A DNA stretch of 64,000 nt, taken from NCBI GenBank assembly GCA_965263355.1, contig CBDHHL010000048.1, forward strand, positions 230,017-294,016. Direction: 5' to 3'. A program made the translations under genes and the position numbers. This document shows, piece by piece, positions 22,353 through 33,461 of this stretch. The stretch is from Leptolyngbyaceae cyanobacterium (GTDB lineage Bacteria; Cyanobacteriota; Cyanobacteriia; Phormidesmidales; Phormidesmidaceae). A model generated the notes under the pieces. The model made no database searches and was not told the DNA's origin. It was given only the letters and a program-made list of their open reading frames with translations. Every line of letters begins with the position of its first letter. Position 1 is the stretch's first letter.

Positions 22353-23867
22353 TTGCCACACCATCGATATGAAATGGTTTCCCCTAGGGTTTTACAGACG
22401 GTTCCTCGACTGCTCAATCGCTATAGTATTCACGAAAATCTGGGAGCACGATTGGGCCGTAGAACACTACTAGGCTACGATCACGGCCAAAAAGACTGGG
22501 TCATCATCAAATATTTATGTTTTGACGATCCCATCCAGACCCACGATATCAAACGTTTTTGTGCAGAGATTGCCGTGATCAAAAGCCTGGATCATCCTGC
22601 GATTCCAGCTTACCAAGACAATTTTGAGATCCATGACCATGGTTACCACGGTCTCATGTTGGTGCAAGAGTATATTGAGGGACAATCTCTGTATGCGCTG
22701 ATCAGCTCAGAAAAAGTCTTTACTGAGACAGAGCTGCGCGACCTCGCCTGCCAAATCCTGGAAATTCTTGACTATCTTCACAAGCAACAACCAACGATTA
22801 TTCACCGAGATATTAAACCCAGTAGTTTTGTCCTGGGTTCTTACCTGAACCAAAATCCGGGACAGGTTTATTTAGTAGACTTTGGCTTAGTACAGTGTTC
22901 GGATAATACAGAAAACACCCGTGAGACTACTCCAGATACCCCTATTCTCATATCAGGCACCCCCGGCTATCGCCCACCAGAACAGTTAGGGGATCGGGCA
23001 TTACCCGCTACCGATCTCTATAGTCTTGGGGCCACCCTGGTACATCTTGCCACGGGGCAACACCCTAATACATTACCCCAACGTGGTCTACGCATATTGT
23101 TTAGCCAAGAACTGGGGCACATAAGCCGCCCACTAAAGTCTTGGCTGCGTTGGCTAACCCAGCCTAAACAACATAAGCGTCCCCGGTCTGCCCAAGCTGC
23201 TCTCCAGGGGTTAAAGCAGGCCGATAAAATTTTTGAGTCGCCCTATTCGCCAACAAACCTGGGGCATCGCCTACATCGAGCCCTAGCGGAAGCTATGGCT
23301 CCAGCAAATACTCAGTTGAAAATTTTTGAGTACAGTCAAACCTTAGAGGTGCTATTCCCACCCTTAGGTTGGAAAAATAAACTCTTTTTTCAAGCGCTCT
23401 TTCAAATCGGAGTGAGCGCCATCGGCATCGGGTTAGTTTTGCAAGGAATGCCTCATTTATGGCCAAAGCTATCGGGTTTTGGACCAAAGCTATCGGCCAT
23501 TGTCATTAGTCTCGGATGGACTTACCTGCATCTTCGCTCTGGCTGCAAAGGCTTGAAAGCTATGGCAACCACCCTGTTTCAACAGGTGAGTATTCAACTC
23601 TTACCAGACATTATTTTATTGGGATATCGATTTCCTCATCGCCCCGTCGATTATCAGATTAATACCTACAAACAAGATATTGAAGATATCGATCTCCAGC
23701 CGGACACCTCCACAATTACAGTCCATCTACAGCACAATCGTACTATCACTGGCGAACTGGAACATATGCTTTCGTCCAAAGCATTGGGAGTAACCCCATC
23801 AGAAATTAGGTGGGTCAATGATATTTTGCAGCTCTGGCTCAAGCAGCGATCATCTAAACTGATTTAA
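22353..23867 (+). CDS. Membrane-associated Ser/Thr protein kinase (Hanks type)
   Basis: VIIK Lys, HRDIKPS, VDFG, GTPGY.PPEQ and DLYSLG motifs; two C-terminal hydrophobic segments. Confidence 0.88.
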   Translation: MPHHRYEMVSPRVLQTVPRLLNRYSIHENLGARLGRRTLLGYDHGQKDWVIIKYLCFDDPIQTHDIKRFCAEIAVIKSLDHPAIPAYQDNFEIHDHGYHGLMLVQEYIEGQSLYALISSEKVFTETELRDLACQILEILDYLHKQQPTIIHRDIKPSSFVLGSYLNQNPGQVYLVDFGLVQCSDNTENTRETTPDTPILISGTPGYRPPEQLGDRALPATDLYSLGATLVHLATGQHPNTLPQRGLRILFSQELGHISRPLKSWLRWLTQPKQHKRPRSAQAALQGLKQADKIFESPYSPTNLGHRLHRALAEAMAPANTQLKIFEYSQTLEVLFPPLGWKNKLFFQALFQIGVSAIGIGLVLQGMPHLWPKLSGFGPKLSAIVISLGWTYLHLRSGCKGLKAMATTLFQQVSIQLLPDIILLGYRFPHRPVDYQINTYKQDIEDIDLQPDTSTITVHLQHNRTITGELEHMLSSKALGVTPSEIRWVNDILQLWLKQRSSKLI

Positions 23868-23890
23868 TCTCCATATGACATTGGTCTCCT

Positions 23891-24370
23891 ATGCCCCAGT
23901 TTGCCACTGCCCAGGATCAGCGCTACGCCCAAGTGCTGATGCAGCCCGCACTGATTCGCATTATTGACAATATTCGTAAACAGCTAGATGCATCTGACTG
24001 GACAGGCTCTTATCGGGATGACATAAACTGGCCGCCAGAGGCCACAGCTGACCAAAAACAACAATATTTAGCACTGCAGGACATGCTTGAAACGGCAACT
24101 CCAGAGGAGCACGACCAAATTCAAGCCGCCCTTTCTCAGCTGCCATCCCCCGCACATATGTATGTCCTATGTCTCAAAAAGCAAGACCAGCAACAGGAAA
24201 TTGACATTTGGCAACTGTGCTATCGACTCTGCAGTTCTGTCGATGCTAGCGATGGACCGATCACCATAGACACTAGCTTGCTTGATCTGGACATTGGCGA
24301 TGTGGATTGGATTGCCCTAGACCAAAAAGCACAGCAATTAGTGGAACAGGAATTTCGGACTTTGACATAA
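23891..24370 (+). CDS. Conserved hypothetical protein
   Basis: 159-aa ORF; LMQPALIRIIDNIRKQL, IWQLCY and VDWIALDQKA blocks look like a conserved cyanobacterial family. Confidence 0.75.
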   Translation: MPQFATAQDQRYAQVLMQPALIRIIDNIRKQLDASDWTGSYRDDINWPPEATADQKQQYLALQDMLETATPEEHDQIQAALSQLPSPAHMYVLCLKKQDQQQEIDIWQLCYRLCSSVDASDGPITIDTSLLDLDIGDVDWIALDQKAQQLVEQEFRTLT

Positions 24371-24378
24371 TGGACCAT

Positions 24379-25188
24379 TTATTGTCCCTTTGTCTCCATC
24401 ATGTCAGGCAAGCATGCACCGCACCGCCGACAATAAATCGCATCGCTTTCATGCCCTGACAAACTACAGTTATTACATTGAACAGCATTAACCGTCTGCA
24501 TACGATTAATATTTTGAATCAAAATGCCAACTTGCGTAGGAATCAGGGCAATACCAGTCAAAATCATCATGACGGTGAGGATACGCCCAGCGTCGGAAAC
24601 CGGGGTGACATCGCCATAGCCGACGGTGGTCATGGTCACCACAGCAAAATACATCGCGTCTAGGAACGACCCGAAAACATTAGGGTCAACGGGATGCTCT
24701 ACCTGATAAATGGCCCCTGAATATATCAATATGATGGAAATCAGCGTAAAAATGATCCGGGCGACGATCAACCCTTCACGGCCTAGCCAGCGATCTTCCT
24801 CTAAGAAGCGGGCCAGCTTAAGAATACGTAGCCAACGGATCAGCCTGAGGGCACGCGTATCAAAAACCCCTGCCAGTACGGGCAAAATCGCCACCAAATC
24901 GACAATGGCGTAGGGGCTAATGGCATAGCGCAGGGGGCGTTCCGCCGCCCACAGCCGCACCCCATACTCCAACACAAAGACCAGTAAAATCAGCCAGTCC
25001 AGTAATTTCAGCGCTTGGCGAAGAGGGGCGGAGAGGGGATAGGTCTCAGCAATAAATAAACCTGCCGAGAGCAAAATCAGGACTGCGATCGCAATATTAA
25101 CCCCTAAGCCTAATGCGGTTTCAGCCTCTTCTAGCTCAGCTCGTACACGTACCCTCAGCTCTATATTTAGTAACGCTGTTAACATCAA
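24379..25188 (-). CDS. Voltage-gated-type potassium channel with C-terminal Zn ribbon
   Basis: S4-like RALRLIRWLRILKLAR, selectivity filter TTVGYGD, C-terminal CNNC...CRRC. Confidence 0.92.
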   Translation of the reverse strand: MMLTALLNIELRVRVRAELEEAETALGLGVNIAIAVLILLSAGLFIAETYPLSAPLRQALKLLDWLILLVFVLEYGVRLWAAERPLRYAISPYAIVDLVAILPVLAGVFDTRALRLIRWLRILKLARFLEEDRWLGREGLIVARIIFTLISIILIYSGAIYQVEHPVDPNVFGSFLDAMYFAVVTMTTVGYGDVTPVSDAGRILTVMMILTGIALIPTQVGILIQNINRMQTVNAVQCNNCSLSGHESDAIYCRRCGACLPDMMETKGQ

Positions 25189-25432
25189 ATACCGATATTA
25201 AATAATCAGATTTTATTGACAAGCGACTAATCCAAAAAATCACCTTATAAAAGAGCGATTAAAATAAAAGACTTAAATCAATAGTTAAACCATAATATTG
25301 TTATCAACATAGTAGTTAGCACTTACACCAGAGCATACATTAATCCCTGAAACCCTTACAAGAAGGTTATTGAGAAAACTCAGTTATTATTTTGAAATAT
25401 TTCATGAGTATTTACCCTCAATCTAAACATAC

Positions 25433-25470
25433 TTTTGTAAAGACGGTTAACTTATGCAACACAGTTAAGC
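25433..25470. promoter_or_regulatory. Possible HLR1-like (RpaB) direct repeats upstream of psaA
   Basis: TGTAA, GTTAA, TGCAA and GTTAA spaced 9-10 bp apart; only a partial match to the HLR1 consensus. Confidence 0.3.
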
Positions 25471-25934
25471 TTCTGCCATTGCTAACCCTGTAAGTTAATT
25501 CCAATCAGATCTGTAAGGCTCCGTTCTTGTTTCTATCTTGGAGCCAGCGAGATTCTTGGATAAGCCAAGAATGGAGCTTTTTTTCTCATCACGTCGAACA
25601 TTATCAATCTCTGAAACTCAATTGAATGACTAAATTGCAGATGCGCTTAGATAGGTGCGTCTGAGTTATTTAAAAATTCGCCCTTAACTTGTAGAAGCAG
25701 GTATTGCTTTTGCTAGATCACCTATTTATATAGGCTCTAGCTAAAAGCACTTGTAAGCTTTTGCTAGTTTCTCTTGCTTGCAAAAGTCTTCTTTTGTTGA
25801 GGTTTTTCTCTTTGTGCAGTTCCTGCGCAGAGATTGTTTCACAAAAGTCTTCTTTTGTGCAGTTCTTGTGCAGAGATTACTTAGGAGATTGTTTTTTTCA
25901 TGTTTTCTTAGAAAACAAAAGGAGAGGAGTTCGG

Positions 25935-28229
25935 ATGACCATAAGTCCCCCGGAAACGGGGAGCAAAGCAAAGGTTGTGGTCGATGATGCCCCTACCCCC
26001 GCTACGTTTGAAAAGTGGGGTCAGCCGGGTCATTTTAGTCGAGCGTTGGCAAAAGGTCCTAAGACAACAACTTGGATTTGGGATCTCCATGCTGATGCCC
26101 ATGACTTTGACAGCCATACTAGCGATCTAGAGGATATCTCCCGAAAGATATTCAGTGCTCATTTTGGCCATTTAGCAGTTGTGTTTATCTGGCTAAGTGG
26201 CATGTATTTTCACGGTGCCAAGTTCTCAAATTTTGAAGCCTGGCTCACCAATCCCACCGCTATTAAGCCCAGTGCACAGGTGGTTTGGCCAATTTTTGGT
26301 CAAGAGATTTTAAATGGTAACGTGGGCGGTGGCTTTCAGGGGATTCAGATCACCTCCGGTCTGTTCCAAATGTGGCGCGCCAATGGTATTACCAATTCAT
26401 TCCAGCTTTACTGCACGGCCATCGGAGCCCTGGTAATGGCTGGATTAATGCTGTTTGCTGGTTGGTTTCACTACCATCGAAAAGCTCCCAAGCTGGAGTG
26501 GTTCCAAAATGTGGAATCGATGATGAACCACCACCTGGCAGGATTACTGGGATTGGGTTGTCTTGGCTATGCCGGACAGCAAATCCATGTGTCTTTGCCC
26601 ATTAATGCTTGTTTAGATGCCATTGATGCAGGCGAGCCGTTGACCGTAGGTGGGAAGCTCATTGATTCGGTAGCAGCCATTCCACTCCCCCATGAGTGGA
26701 TTCTGAATTCTGCTCTGATGCCGGATATTTACCCCGGTTTTGCCAAGGGGGTAATGCCCTTCTTCACTCTGAATTGGAGTGCCTATACGGACTTTCTTAC
26801 CTTTAAAGGTGGGTTAAACCCGGTGACAGGGGGACTGTGGCTGACGGATACAGCGCACCATCATCTAGCGTTGGCGGTGCTATTTATTATTGCGGGCCAT
26901 TTCTACCGTACAAATTGGGGGATTGGCCACACCTTTAGGGAAGTGTTAGAAGCTCACAAGGGTCCCTTTACTGGCCAAGGTCATAAGGGGATGACTGAGA
27001 TCTTCACTAATTCCTGGCACTGTAATCTTTCCTGGCACTTGGCTTGGATGGGCTCCTTGTCAATCTTGGTGGCTCACCATATGTATTCCATGCCGCCCTA
27101 TCCCTACATTGCAACGGACTATCCAACACAGTTGGGGTTATTTACCCACCATATGTGGATCGGTGGTTTCTTGATTGTAGGTGCAGGCGCTCACGCGGCT
27201 ATCTTTATGGTGCGCGACTATGAGCCATCTACCCATGTTGATAACTTGTTAGACCGAGTGCTGCGTCACCGGGATGCAATTATCTCCCATCTAAACTGGG
27301 TATGTATTTTCCTTGGCTTCCACAGCTTCGGGCTCTATGTTCATAACGACACCATGCGAGCCTTTGGCAGACCGCAGGATATGTTCTCGGATATGGGAAT
27401 TCAGCTGCAGCCAATTTTTGCCCAGTGGATTCAGCACATCCATAGCGTTGCGGCAGGAGGTACGGCTCCTAATGCCTTAGCAGGTGTGAGTCCAGCCTTT
27501 GGTGGCGATATTGTTGCTGTCGGTGGCAAAGTGGCCATGATGCCCATTCAGCTGGGGACAGCGGACTTTATGGTGCATCATATTCATGCGTTCACCATCC
27601 ATGTAACTGCCCTGATTCTGTTAAAGGGTGTTCTGTTTGCCCGCAATTCTCGCCTTATCCCCGATAAGAGTGAGCTAGGTTTCCGCTTCCCTTGCGACGG
27701 TCCAGGTCGTGGTGGCACTTGCCAGGTATCTGGTTGGGACCATGTCTTCCTTGGATTGTTCTGGATGTATAACTCCCTGTCTATTGTTATTTTCCACTTT
27801 AGTTGGAAGATGCAGTCGGATGTGTGGGGGACTGTTGCTGATGACGGCACGATTAGCCACATTACGGCAGGTAATTTTGCCCAAAGTGCTATCACCATTA
27901 ATGGCTGGCTCAGAGACTTCTTGTGGGCTCAGGCTGCCCAAGTGTTGAACTCTTATGGGTCATCACTATCGGCCTATGGTCTGATGTTCCTCGGTGCTCA
28001 CTTTGTATGGGCCTTTAGTCTAATGTTCCTGTTCAGTGGCAGAGGCTACTGGCAAGAACTGATTGAGTCTATTGTTTGGGCTCATAACAAACTGAAAGTA
28101 GCCCCAGCCATCCAACCACGGGCTCTGAGTATTACTCAGGGACGGGCTGTTGGCGTTGCGCACTACCTGCTTGGTGGCATTGCAACAACCTGGGCGTTCT
28201 TCCATGCTCGGATACTTTCACTCGGATGA
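25935..28229 (+). CDS. psaA: Photosystem I P700 apoprotein A1
   Basis: GGAGAGGAG RBS then [24 protein letters not shown]-binding motif. Confidence 0.99.
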   Translation: MTISPPETGSKAKVVVDDAPTPATFEKWGQPGHFSRALAKGPKTTTWIWDLHADAHDFDSHTSDLEDISRKIFSAHFGHLAVVFIWLSGMYFHGAKFSNFEAWLTNPTAIKPSAQVVWPIFGQEILNGNVGGGFQGIQITSGLFQMWRANGITNSFQLYCTAIGALVMAGLMLFAGWFHYHRKAPKLEWFQNVESMMNHHLAGLLGLGCLGYAGQQIHVSLPINACLDAIDAGEPLTVGGKLIDSVAAIPLPHEWILNSALMPDIYPGFAKGVMPFFTLNWSAYTDFLTFKGGLNPVTGGLWLTDTAHHHLALAVLFIIAGHFYRTNWGIGHTFREVLEAHKGPFTGQGHKGMTEIFTNSWHCNLSWHLAWMGSLSILVAHHMYSMPPYPYIATDYPTQLGLFTHHMWIGGFLIVGAGAHAAIFMVRDYEPSTHVDNLLDRVLRHRDAIISHLNWVCIFLGFHSFGLYVHNDTMRAFGRPQDMFSDMGIQLQPIFAQWIQHIHSVAAGGTAPNALAGVSPAFGGDIVAVGGKVAMMPIQLGTADFMVHHIHAFTIHVTALILLKGVLFARNSRLIPDKSELGFRFPCDGPGRGGTCQVSGWDHVFLGLFWMYNSLSIVIFHFSWKMQSDVWGTVADDGTISHITAGNFAQSAITINGWLRDFLWAQAAQVLNSYGSSLSAYGLMFLGAHFVWAFSLMFLFSGRGYWQELIESIVWAHNKLKVAPAIQPRALSITQGRAVGVAHYLLGGIATTWAFFHARILSLG

Positions 28230-28251
28230 CGGGGAGGACTTGATAAAAACT

Positions 28252-30474
28252 ATGGCAACGAAGTTTCCAAAATTTAGTCAAGACCTTGCTCAAGACCCGA
28301 CTACACGTCGGTTATGGTACGGGATTGCAACCGCCCATGATTTTGAAAGTCACGATGGCATGACGGAAGAGAATCTTTACCAAAAGATTTTCGCCTCCCA
28401 TTTTGGCCATTTGGCAATCATTTTCCTGTGGACTTCCGGTAATCTCTTCCATGTTGCTTGGCAAGGCAATTTTGAACAGTGGGTTAAAGATCCGCTGAAT
28501 GTTAAACCCATTGCCCATGCAATTTGGGATCCTCAATTTGGTGCTGCCGCGGTAGATGCTTATACCCAGGCAGGGGCAAACTATCCGGTAGATATCTCCT
28601 TCTCGGGGGTTTACCATTGGTGGTATACCATCGGTATGCGCACCAACAATCAGCTCCATGGCGGTGCCATGTTTATGCTGATTCTGGCGACGGTGATGCT
28701 GTTTGCTGGCTGGCTACACCTACAGCCCAAGTTTAGACCAGGGTTGGCCTGGTTTAAGAATGCGGAATCCCGTATGAACCACCACTTGGCTGGCTTGTTT
28801 GGTGTGAGTTCTCTGGCCTGGGCTGGACACTTGATCCACGTAGCGATTCCGGCAGCACGGGGTCAAGAGGTTACCTGGAGTAATCTGTTGTCATCACCGC
28901 CCCACCCGGCAGGTCTGGCTCCGTTCTTTACGGGACAGTGGGGAGTATATGCCCAAAACCCAGATACAGCGGGTCATATTTTTGGCACGTCTGAGGGAGC
29001 AGGCACAGCTATTCTGACGTTCTTGGGTGGCTTTCATCCTCAAACTGAGGCTCTGTGGCTGACGGACATTGCCCACCACCACCTTGCGATCGCAGTAATT
29101 TTCATCATAGCTGGCCACATGTACCGTACTAACTTCGGTATCGGCCACAGCATGAAGGAAATTATGGAGGCTCACAATCCCCCTCCAGGTACTCCTGGTG
29201 ATTTGGGTGCAGGACACAAGGGTATGTACGATACCTATAACAACTCACTGCACTTCCAACTTGGCTGGCACTTAGCCTGCTTGGGTGTGATCACCTCCCT
29301 GGTGGCGCAGCACATGTACTCCATGCCGTCCTATGCCTTTATCGCCAAGGACTTTACCACCCAGGCTGCACTTTATACCCATCACCAGTACATTGCTGGA
29401 TTCCTGATGGTTGGGGCATTTTCCCACGGTGCTATCTTCCTTGTGCGAGATTATGATCCAGTAGCGAATGAGAACAATGTTCTCGCCCGTGTACTAGAAC
29501 ATAAAGAGGCTATTATCTCTCACCTAAGTTGGGCATCTTTATTCTTGGGGTTCCATACCCTCGGTCTGTATGTCCATAACGATGTAGTAGTCGCCTTTGG
29601 TACGCCAGAAAAGCAAATCCTTGTCGAGCCTGTGTTTGCCCAATGGGTTCAGGCGGTCAACGGTAAGATGCTCTATGGGTTTGACACCCTACTATCCAAC
29701 GCAGATAGTATAGCCACTACGGCTTGGCCCAACCATGCTAACGTATGGCTACCAGGCTGGTTAGAGGCCATCAACAGTGGTACCAACTCCCTGTTCTTAA
29801 CGATTGGACCAGGAGACTTTTTAGTGCACCATGCCATTGCACTGGGTCTGCACACAACTACCCTAATCTTGGTTAAGGGAGCCTTGGACGCGCGCGGTTC
29901 GAAGCTTATGCCAGACAAAAAAGACTTTGGCTATAGCTTCCCTTGCGATGGACCTGGTCGTGGCGGTACCTGCGATATTTCTGCTTGGGATGCCTCCTAT
30001 CTAGCTATGTTCTGGATGCTCAATACCGTTGCCTGGTTGACCTTCTACTGGCACTGGAAACACTTAGCCATATGGAGTGGCAATGTGGCCCAGTTTAATG
30101 AGTCATCTACATACTTAATGGGATGGTTCCGAGATTATCTCTGGCTTAACTCTGCTCAGTTGATCAACGGATATAACGTCTATGGCATGGACAATCTGGC
30201 CATTTGGGCTTGGATCTTTCTAGCCGCTCACCTGTGTTGGGCCGTTGGATTTATGTTCTTGATCTCCTGGCGAGGTTACTGGCAAGAACTAATCGAGACA
30301 TTAGTTTGGGCACACGAACGTACGCCACTGGCTAACTTGGTGCAATGGAAAGATAAGCCCGTAGCTCTCTCCATTGTTCAAGCCCGCCTGGTGGGCCTCA
30401 CTCATTTTGCAGTTGGGTTTGTCTTTACCTACGCTGCATTCCTGATTGCTTCAACCTCCAGTCGATTTGGTTGA
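28252..30474 (+). CDS. psaB: Photosystem I P700 apoprotein A2
   Basis: [20 protein letters not shown] start; [15 protein letters not shown] motif. Confidence 0.99.
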   Translation: MATKFPKFSQDLAQDPTTRRLWYGIATAHDFESHDGMTEENLYQKIFASHFGHLAIIFLWTSGNLFHVAWQGNFEQWVKDPLNVKPIAHAIWDPQFGAAAVDAYTQAGANYPVDISFSGVYHWWYTIGMRTNNQLHGGAMFMLILATVMLFAGWLHLQPKFRPGLAWFKNAESRMNHHLAGLFGVSSLAWAGHLIHVAIPAARGQEVTWSNLLSSPPHPAGLAPFFTGQWGVYAQNPDTAGHIFGTSEGAGTAILTFLGGFHPQTEALWLTDIAHHHLAIAVIFIIAGHMYRTNFGIGHSMKEIMEAHNPPPGTPGDLGAGHKGMYDTYNNSLHFQLGWHLACLGVITSLVAQHMYSMPSYAFIAKDFTTQAALYTHHQYIAGFLMVGAFSHGAIFLVRDYDPVANENNVLARVLEHKEAIISHLSWASLFLGFHTLGLYVHNDVVVAFGTPEKQILVEPVFAQWVQAVNGKMLYGFDTLLSNADSIATTAWPNHANVWLPGWLEAINSGTNSLFLTIGPGDFLVHHAIALGLHTTTLILVKGALDARGSKLMPDKKDFGYSFPCDGPGRGGTCDISAWDASYLAMFWMLNTVAWLTFYWHWKHLAIWSGNVAQFNESSTYLMGWFRDYLWLNSAQLINGYNVYGMDNLAIWAWIFLAAHLCWAVGFMFLISWRGYWQELIETLVWAHERTPLANLVQWKDKPVALSIVQARLVGLTHFAVGFVFTYAAFLIASTSSRFG

Positions 30475-30625
30475 AGTCAGGGGACAGTTTTCGTCCATGG
30501 CTCACACCATCAGGTGTCTCAGTCGTGGGCGGCTTAGGAAAGGAGTCCTCTCAAGGACAGTCGGGGACTCTTTTCCTAATCAACGTTGAGACGGCCTGAG
30601 ACTCTCCTCTCCTCCCGTCTCTTAA

Positions 30626-30666
30626 AAGTCCTGGCCATACGGGTAGTTGGGTCAGGGCTTTTTTTA
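30626..30666 (+). terminator. Terminator or processing hairpin between psaB and psaL
   Basis: AAGTCCTGGCC...GGTCAGGGCTT stem running into a T tract. Confidence 0.6.
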
Positions 30667-30709
30667 ATCCTTACACTGTTTTATTCCATTAGTTGGAGAC
30701 TATTCATCA

Positions 30710-31189
30710 ATGGCTAATGACCTAATTAAGCCGTATAACAACGATCCAGAACTCGGACATCTATCTACACCCATTAGCGATTCCGCCTTTGTTCGCGTCC
30801 TTATTCAAAACTTACCTGCTTACCGTAAAGGGTTATCTCCCCTCATGCGTGGGCTAGAAGTCGGTCTGGCCCATGGCTATTTTTTGGTCGGTCCAGAAAT
30901 TATTTATGGTGCTCTTCGAGATTATGAACAAGCCCCATACTTTGCTGGGCTTGTCACCGCTGTTAGTCTTGTCTTACTTGGCACCATTGGCATGAGTGTT
31001 TATGGCGTGGTCAACTGCAAGAGTGCAGATGAGAGCCCTGCTGGCACTGATCGCCTCAAAACCTCAGAAGGCTGGAGTGAATTTACCGCTGGCTTCTTTA
31101 TCGGCGGTACTGGTGGTGCCTACATGGCCTACCTGTTGCTAGACCATTTCACCACCGTTGATGCTATTTTCCGTGGCTTTGTAAATTAG
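30710..31189 (+). CDS. psaL: Photosystem I subunit XI
   Basis: GHLSTPISDS, NLPAYRKGLSP..RGLEVGLAHGYFLVGP and GWSEFTAGFFIGG motifs. Confidence 0.97.
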   Translation: MANDLIKPYNNDPELGHLSTPISDSAFVRVLIQNLPAYRKGLSPLMRGLEVGLAHGYFLVGPEIIYGALRDYEQAPYFAGLVTAVSLVLLGTIGMSVYGVVNCKSADESPAGTDRLKTSEGWSEFTAGFFIGGTGGAYMAYLLLDHFTTVDAIFRGFVN

Positions 31190-31245
31190 CACATAGCATT
31201 CAGCTGAAAAATTATTGCCCTGACTATTAACTAAAGGAGTTGACT

Positions 31246-31365
31246 ATGGATGGAACGTACCCCCTATCTTGGCTACCGTGGATTTTAATCCCTGCCATTG
31301 GTTGGCTATTTCCGTTGGTTTCGATGGTGCTGCTTATGTTTTACGTCGAAAGCGACGCTGCCTAG
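31246..31365 (+). CDS. psaI: Photosystem I subunit VIII
   Basis: Not in the ORF track (39 aa). AAGGAG RBS; MDGTYPLSWLPWILIPAIGWLFPLVSMVLLMFYVESDAA, a single TM helix next to psaL. Confidence 0.93.
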   Translation: MDGTYPLSWLPWILIPAIGWLFPLVSMVLLMFYVESDAA

Positions 31366-31467
31366 CCCCTAGACACTTATCTTCCAAAGTAGGTCTATTA
31401 CTGGCTTACTTTGGAAGCTTGTATGGAGCTATGGGTTAATCTGAACAAAGTGCATAGCTTCTATCCC

Positions 31468-31692
31468 ATGGCCGATAAATTATTTTCGGTGGGCGATCGT
31501 ATCACCGTTACCACCCATCCCCCCTACCTTAAAACAACTGACCCTATGCCTATGCTGCGCCCTCCAGATCTCGTCACCCTGGGCGAAGAAGGGGTCATTC
31601 TTGAGCAAAAACTTGGCGGTTACTGGGCTGTGCGGTTTGAGCGAGGCTCATTTCTAATTGATGGGCGATATATTGACCACATTACCGAGTAA
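31468..31692 (+). CDS. sipA: NblS-interacting regulatory protein SipA (DUF3148)
   Basis: PPYLKTTDPMPMLRPPDLV and YWAVRFERGSFLID motifs. Confidence 0.88.
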   Translation: MADKLFSVGDRITVTTHPPYLKTTDPMPMLRPPDLVTLGEEGVILEQKLGGYWAVRFERGSFLIDGRYIDHITE

Positions 31693-31919
31693 TATAAGCT
31701 CCTGACTGCTGGCCCCCAATATCGCAAAGCAAGCACAGGGGGTTACCGCCTTAAAGACCGATGCAGTTTTTAACCGGATTAACGTATTTGGGCTGGGTAT
31801 AGCTTTTTGAAACTCTTTTGCCAATATCACTCTCAATAAAAAATTATTTTCCACCCAAACACGGGAACCTTCTGTTATACTGGTTAACTGTGTTTGATAA
31901 AATTTTCTCAAACGTACAC

Positions 31920-31991
31920 GGGTTGCTAGCTCAGCGGTAGAGCACTCGGCTTTTAACCGATTGGTCCTGGGTTCGAATCCCAGGCGACCCA
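31920..31991 (+). tRNA. tRNA-Lys (anticodon TTT)
   Basis: Acceptor stem GGGTTGC/GCGACCC, D-arm AGCTCAGCGGTAGAGC, anticodon loop CT-TTT-AA, T-loop GGTTCGAATCC. Confidence 0.97.
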
Positions 31992-32010
31992 TTCAATAAT
32001 ATTTTTTCTT

Positions 32011-32040
32011 TGTAGGGGCGTTGCATGCAAAGCCCCTACA
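32011..32040. repeat. REP-like palindrome, copy 2
   Basis: TGTAGGGGCGTTGCATGCAAAGCCCCTACA; matches 5533-5562 with a compensatory C-G to T-A change in the stem. Confidence 0.75.
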
Positions 32041-32252
32041 GGAGTAAGTAATTTTTCCTTGAGAAATGAATTAGCAAAGTCATCTATTTCACACAGCCAT
32101 AACATGGATACTGTTATCCTTAATAAAATAAACAGGTTTCAGAAACAACTCGTCATAAGTTCGGGGTTGTGACCTAATATTAATGAGTAGGGATACCTAT
32201 TCGACCCTTTAATTAAAGCTGCCAAAACGGCGAAAAGTACTAGGAGGATTAT

Positions 32253-33326
32253 ATGGCGCTTGTACCTATGCGGCTGTTGCTGGACCATGCCGCTGAGAAC
32301 GGCTACGGCATTCCCGCTTACAACGTAAACAACATGGAGCAGATCCTGGCAATTATGCAGGCTGCTGATGAGACTGATAGTCCTGTAATTTTGCAGGCTT
32401 CCCGCGGTGCCCGTAAGTACGCTGGTGAAAACTTCTTGCGCCACCTGGTTTTGGCGGCCATTGAGACGTATCCACACATTCCTGTGGTAATGCACCAGGA
32501 CCACGGTAATAGCCCTGCGACTTGCTACTCTGCGATCCGCAATGGCTTTACTAGCGTAATGATGGACGGCTCCTTAGAAGCTGATGCCAAAACTCCCGCT
32601 AGCTTTGAGTACAACGTTAACGTTACTGCTGAAGTGGTTAAGGTTGCTCACTCCATCGGTGCTAGTGTTGAAGGTGAACTAGGCTGCCTGGGCTCCTTAG
32701 AGACTGGTGCAGGTGAAGCTGAAGATGGCCATGGTTTCGAAGGTACTCTTAGCCACGACCAACTCCTAACTGATCCTGATGAAGCTGTCCAATTTGTAGA
32801 GCAAACTCAGGTTGATGCCCTAGCGGTTGCTATCGGTACTAGCCACGGTGCTTACAAGTTCACCCGTAAGCCCACTGGTGAAATTCTAGCCATTAGCCGC
32901 ATTGAAGAGATTCATAAGCGTCTGCCCAACACTCACCTGGTAATGCACGGTTCTTCCTCCGTTCCCCAGAAGTGGTTGGATATGATTAACGCCCATGGTG
33001 GTCAGATTCCTGAGACCTATGGTGTACCCGTTGAAGAGATCCAAAAGGGTATCAAGAGCGGTGTTCGCAAGGTGAACATTGATACTGATAACCGTTTGGC
33101 TATCACTGCTGCTATTCGTGAAGCAGCGCAGAAGGATCCTTCCAACTTTGATCCTCGTCACTTCCTCAAGCCTTCCATCAAGTACATGAAGCAAGTGTGC
33201 TCTGACCGCTACACTGCTTTCGGTACTGCTGGTAACGCATCTAAGATCAAGCAGGCGGGTGTTGAAATCTTTGCTGCTAAGTACGAAGCTGGTGAGCTTG
33301 ACGCTAAGGTTGCTGTTGCGGTTTAG
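32253..33326 (+). CDS. fbaA: Fructose-bisphosphate aldolase class II (Calvin-cycle subtype)
   Basis: [32 protein letters not shown] and KVNIDTD motifs. Confidence 0.97.
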   Translation: MALVPMRLLLDHAAENGYGIPAYNVNNMEQILAIMQAADETDSPVILQASRGARKYAGENFLRHLVLAAIETYPHIPVVMHQDHGNSPATCYSAIRNGFTSVMMDGSLEADAKTPASFEYNVNVTAEVVKVAHSIGASVEGELGCLGSLETGAGEAEDGHGFEGTLSHDQLLTDPDEAVQFVEQTQVDALAVAIGTSHGAYKFTRKPTGEILAISRIEEIHKRLPNTHLVMHGSSSVPQKWLDMINAHGGQIPETYGVPVEEIQKGIKSGVRKVNIDTDNRLAITAAIREAAQKDPSNFDPRHFLKPSIKYMKQVCSDRYTAFGTAGNASKIKQAGVEIFAAKYEAGELDAKVAVAV

Positions 33327-33372
33327 GTTTCAGTAGCGCTTCAGTCTGGCTGAACGCATAGATATATAAGTT

Positions 33373-33407
33373 AAAAAAGGTGATGACAATAGTCATCACC
33401 TTTTTTT
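33373..33407. terminator. Bidirectional intrinsic terminator
   Basis: A6-GGTGATGAC-aata-GTCATCACC-T7, between convergent genes. Confidence 0.9.
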
Positions 33408-33461
33408 AATCGACTAGAAGGCACTAGTGGTTAACGCAAGTAACCAATCCCCATGCAAATA

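Noticed and set aside
25761..28251. N-terminal extensions of PsaA (from 25761) and PsaB (from 28150) in the ORF track
   Set aside because: Canonical starts with a good RBS lie at 25935 and 28252.
25935..31365. psaA-psaB-psaL-psaI as a far-red-light (FaRLiP) photosystem cluster
   Set aside because: No rfpABC, chlF, apc or psb paralogs, or psaF/J nearby. PsaI is the short ordinary type, and as far as I recall the unusual PsaA residues ([11 protein letters not shown], the DAIDAG insert) occur in white-light PsaA of this lineage.
31654..31992. 112-aa minus-strand ORF
   Set aside because: It is an antisense reading of tRNA-Lys and intergenic DNA.
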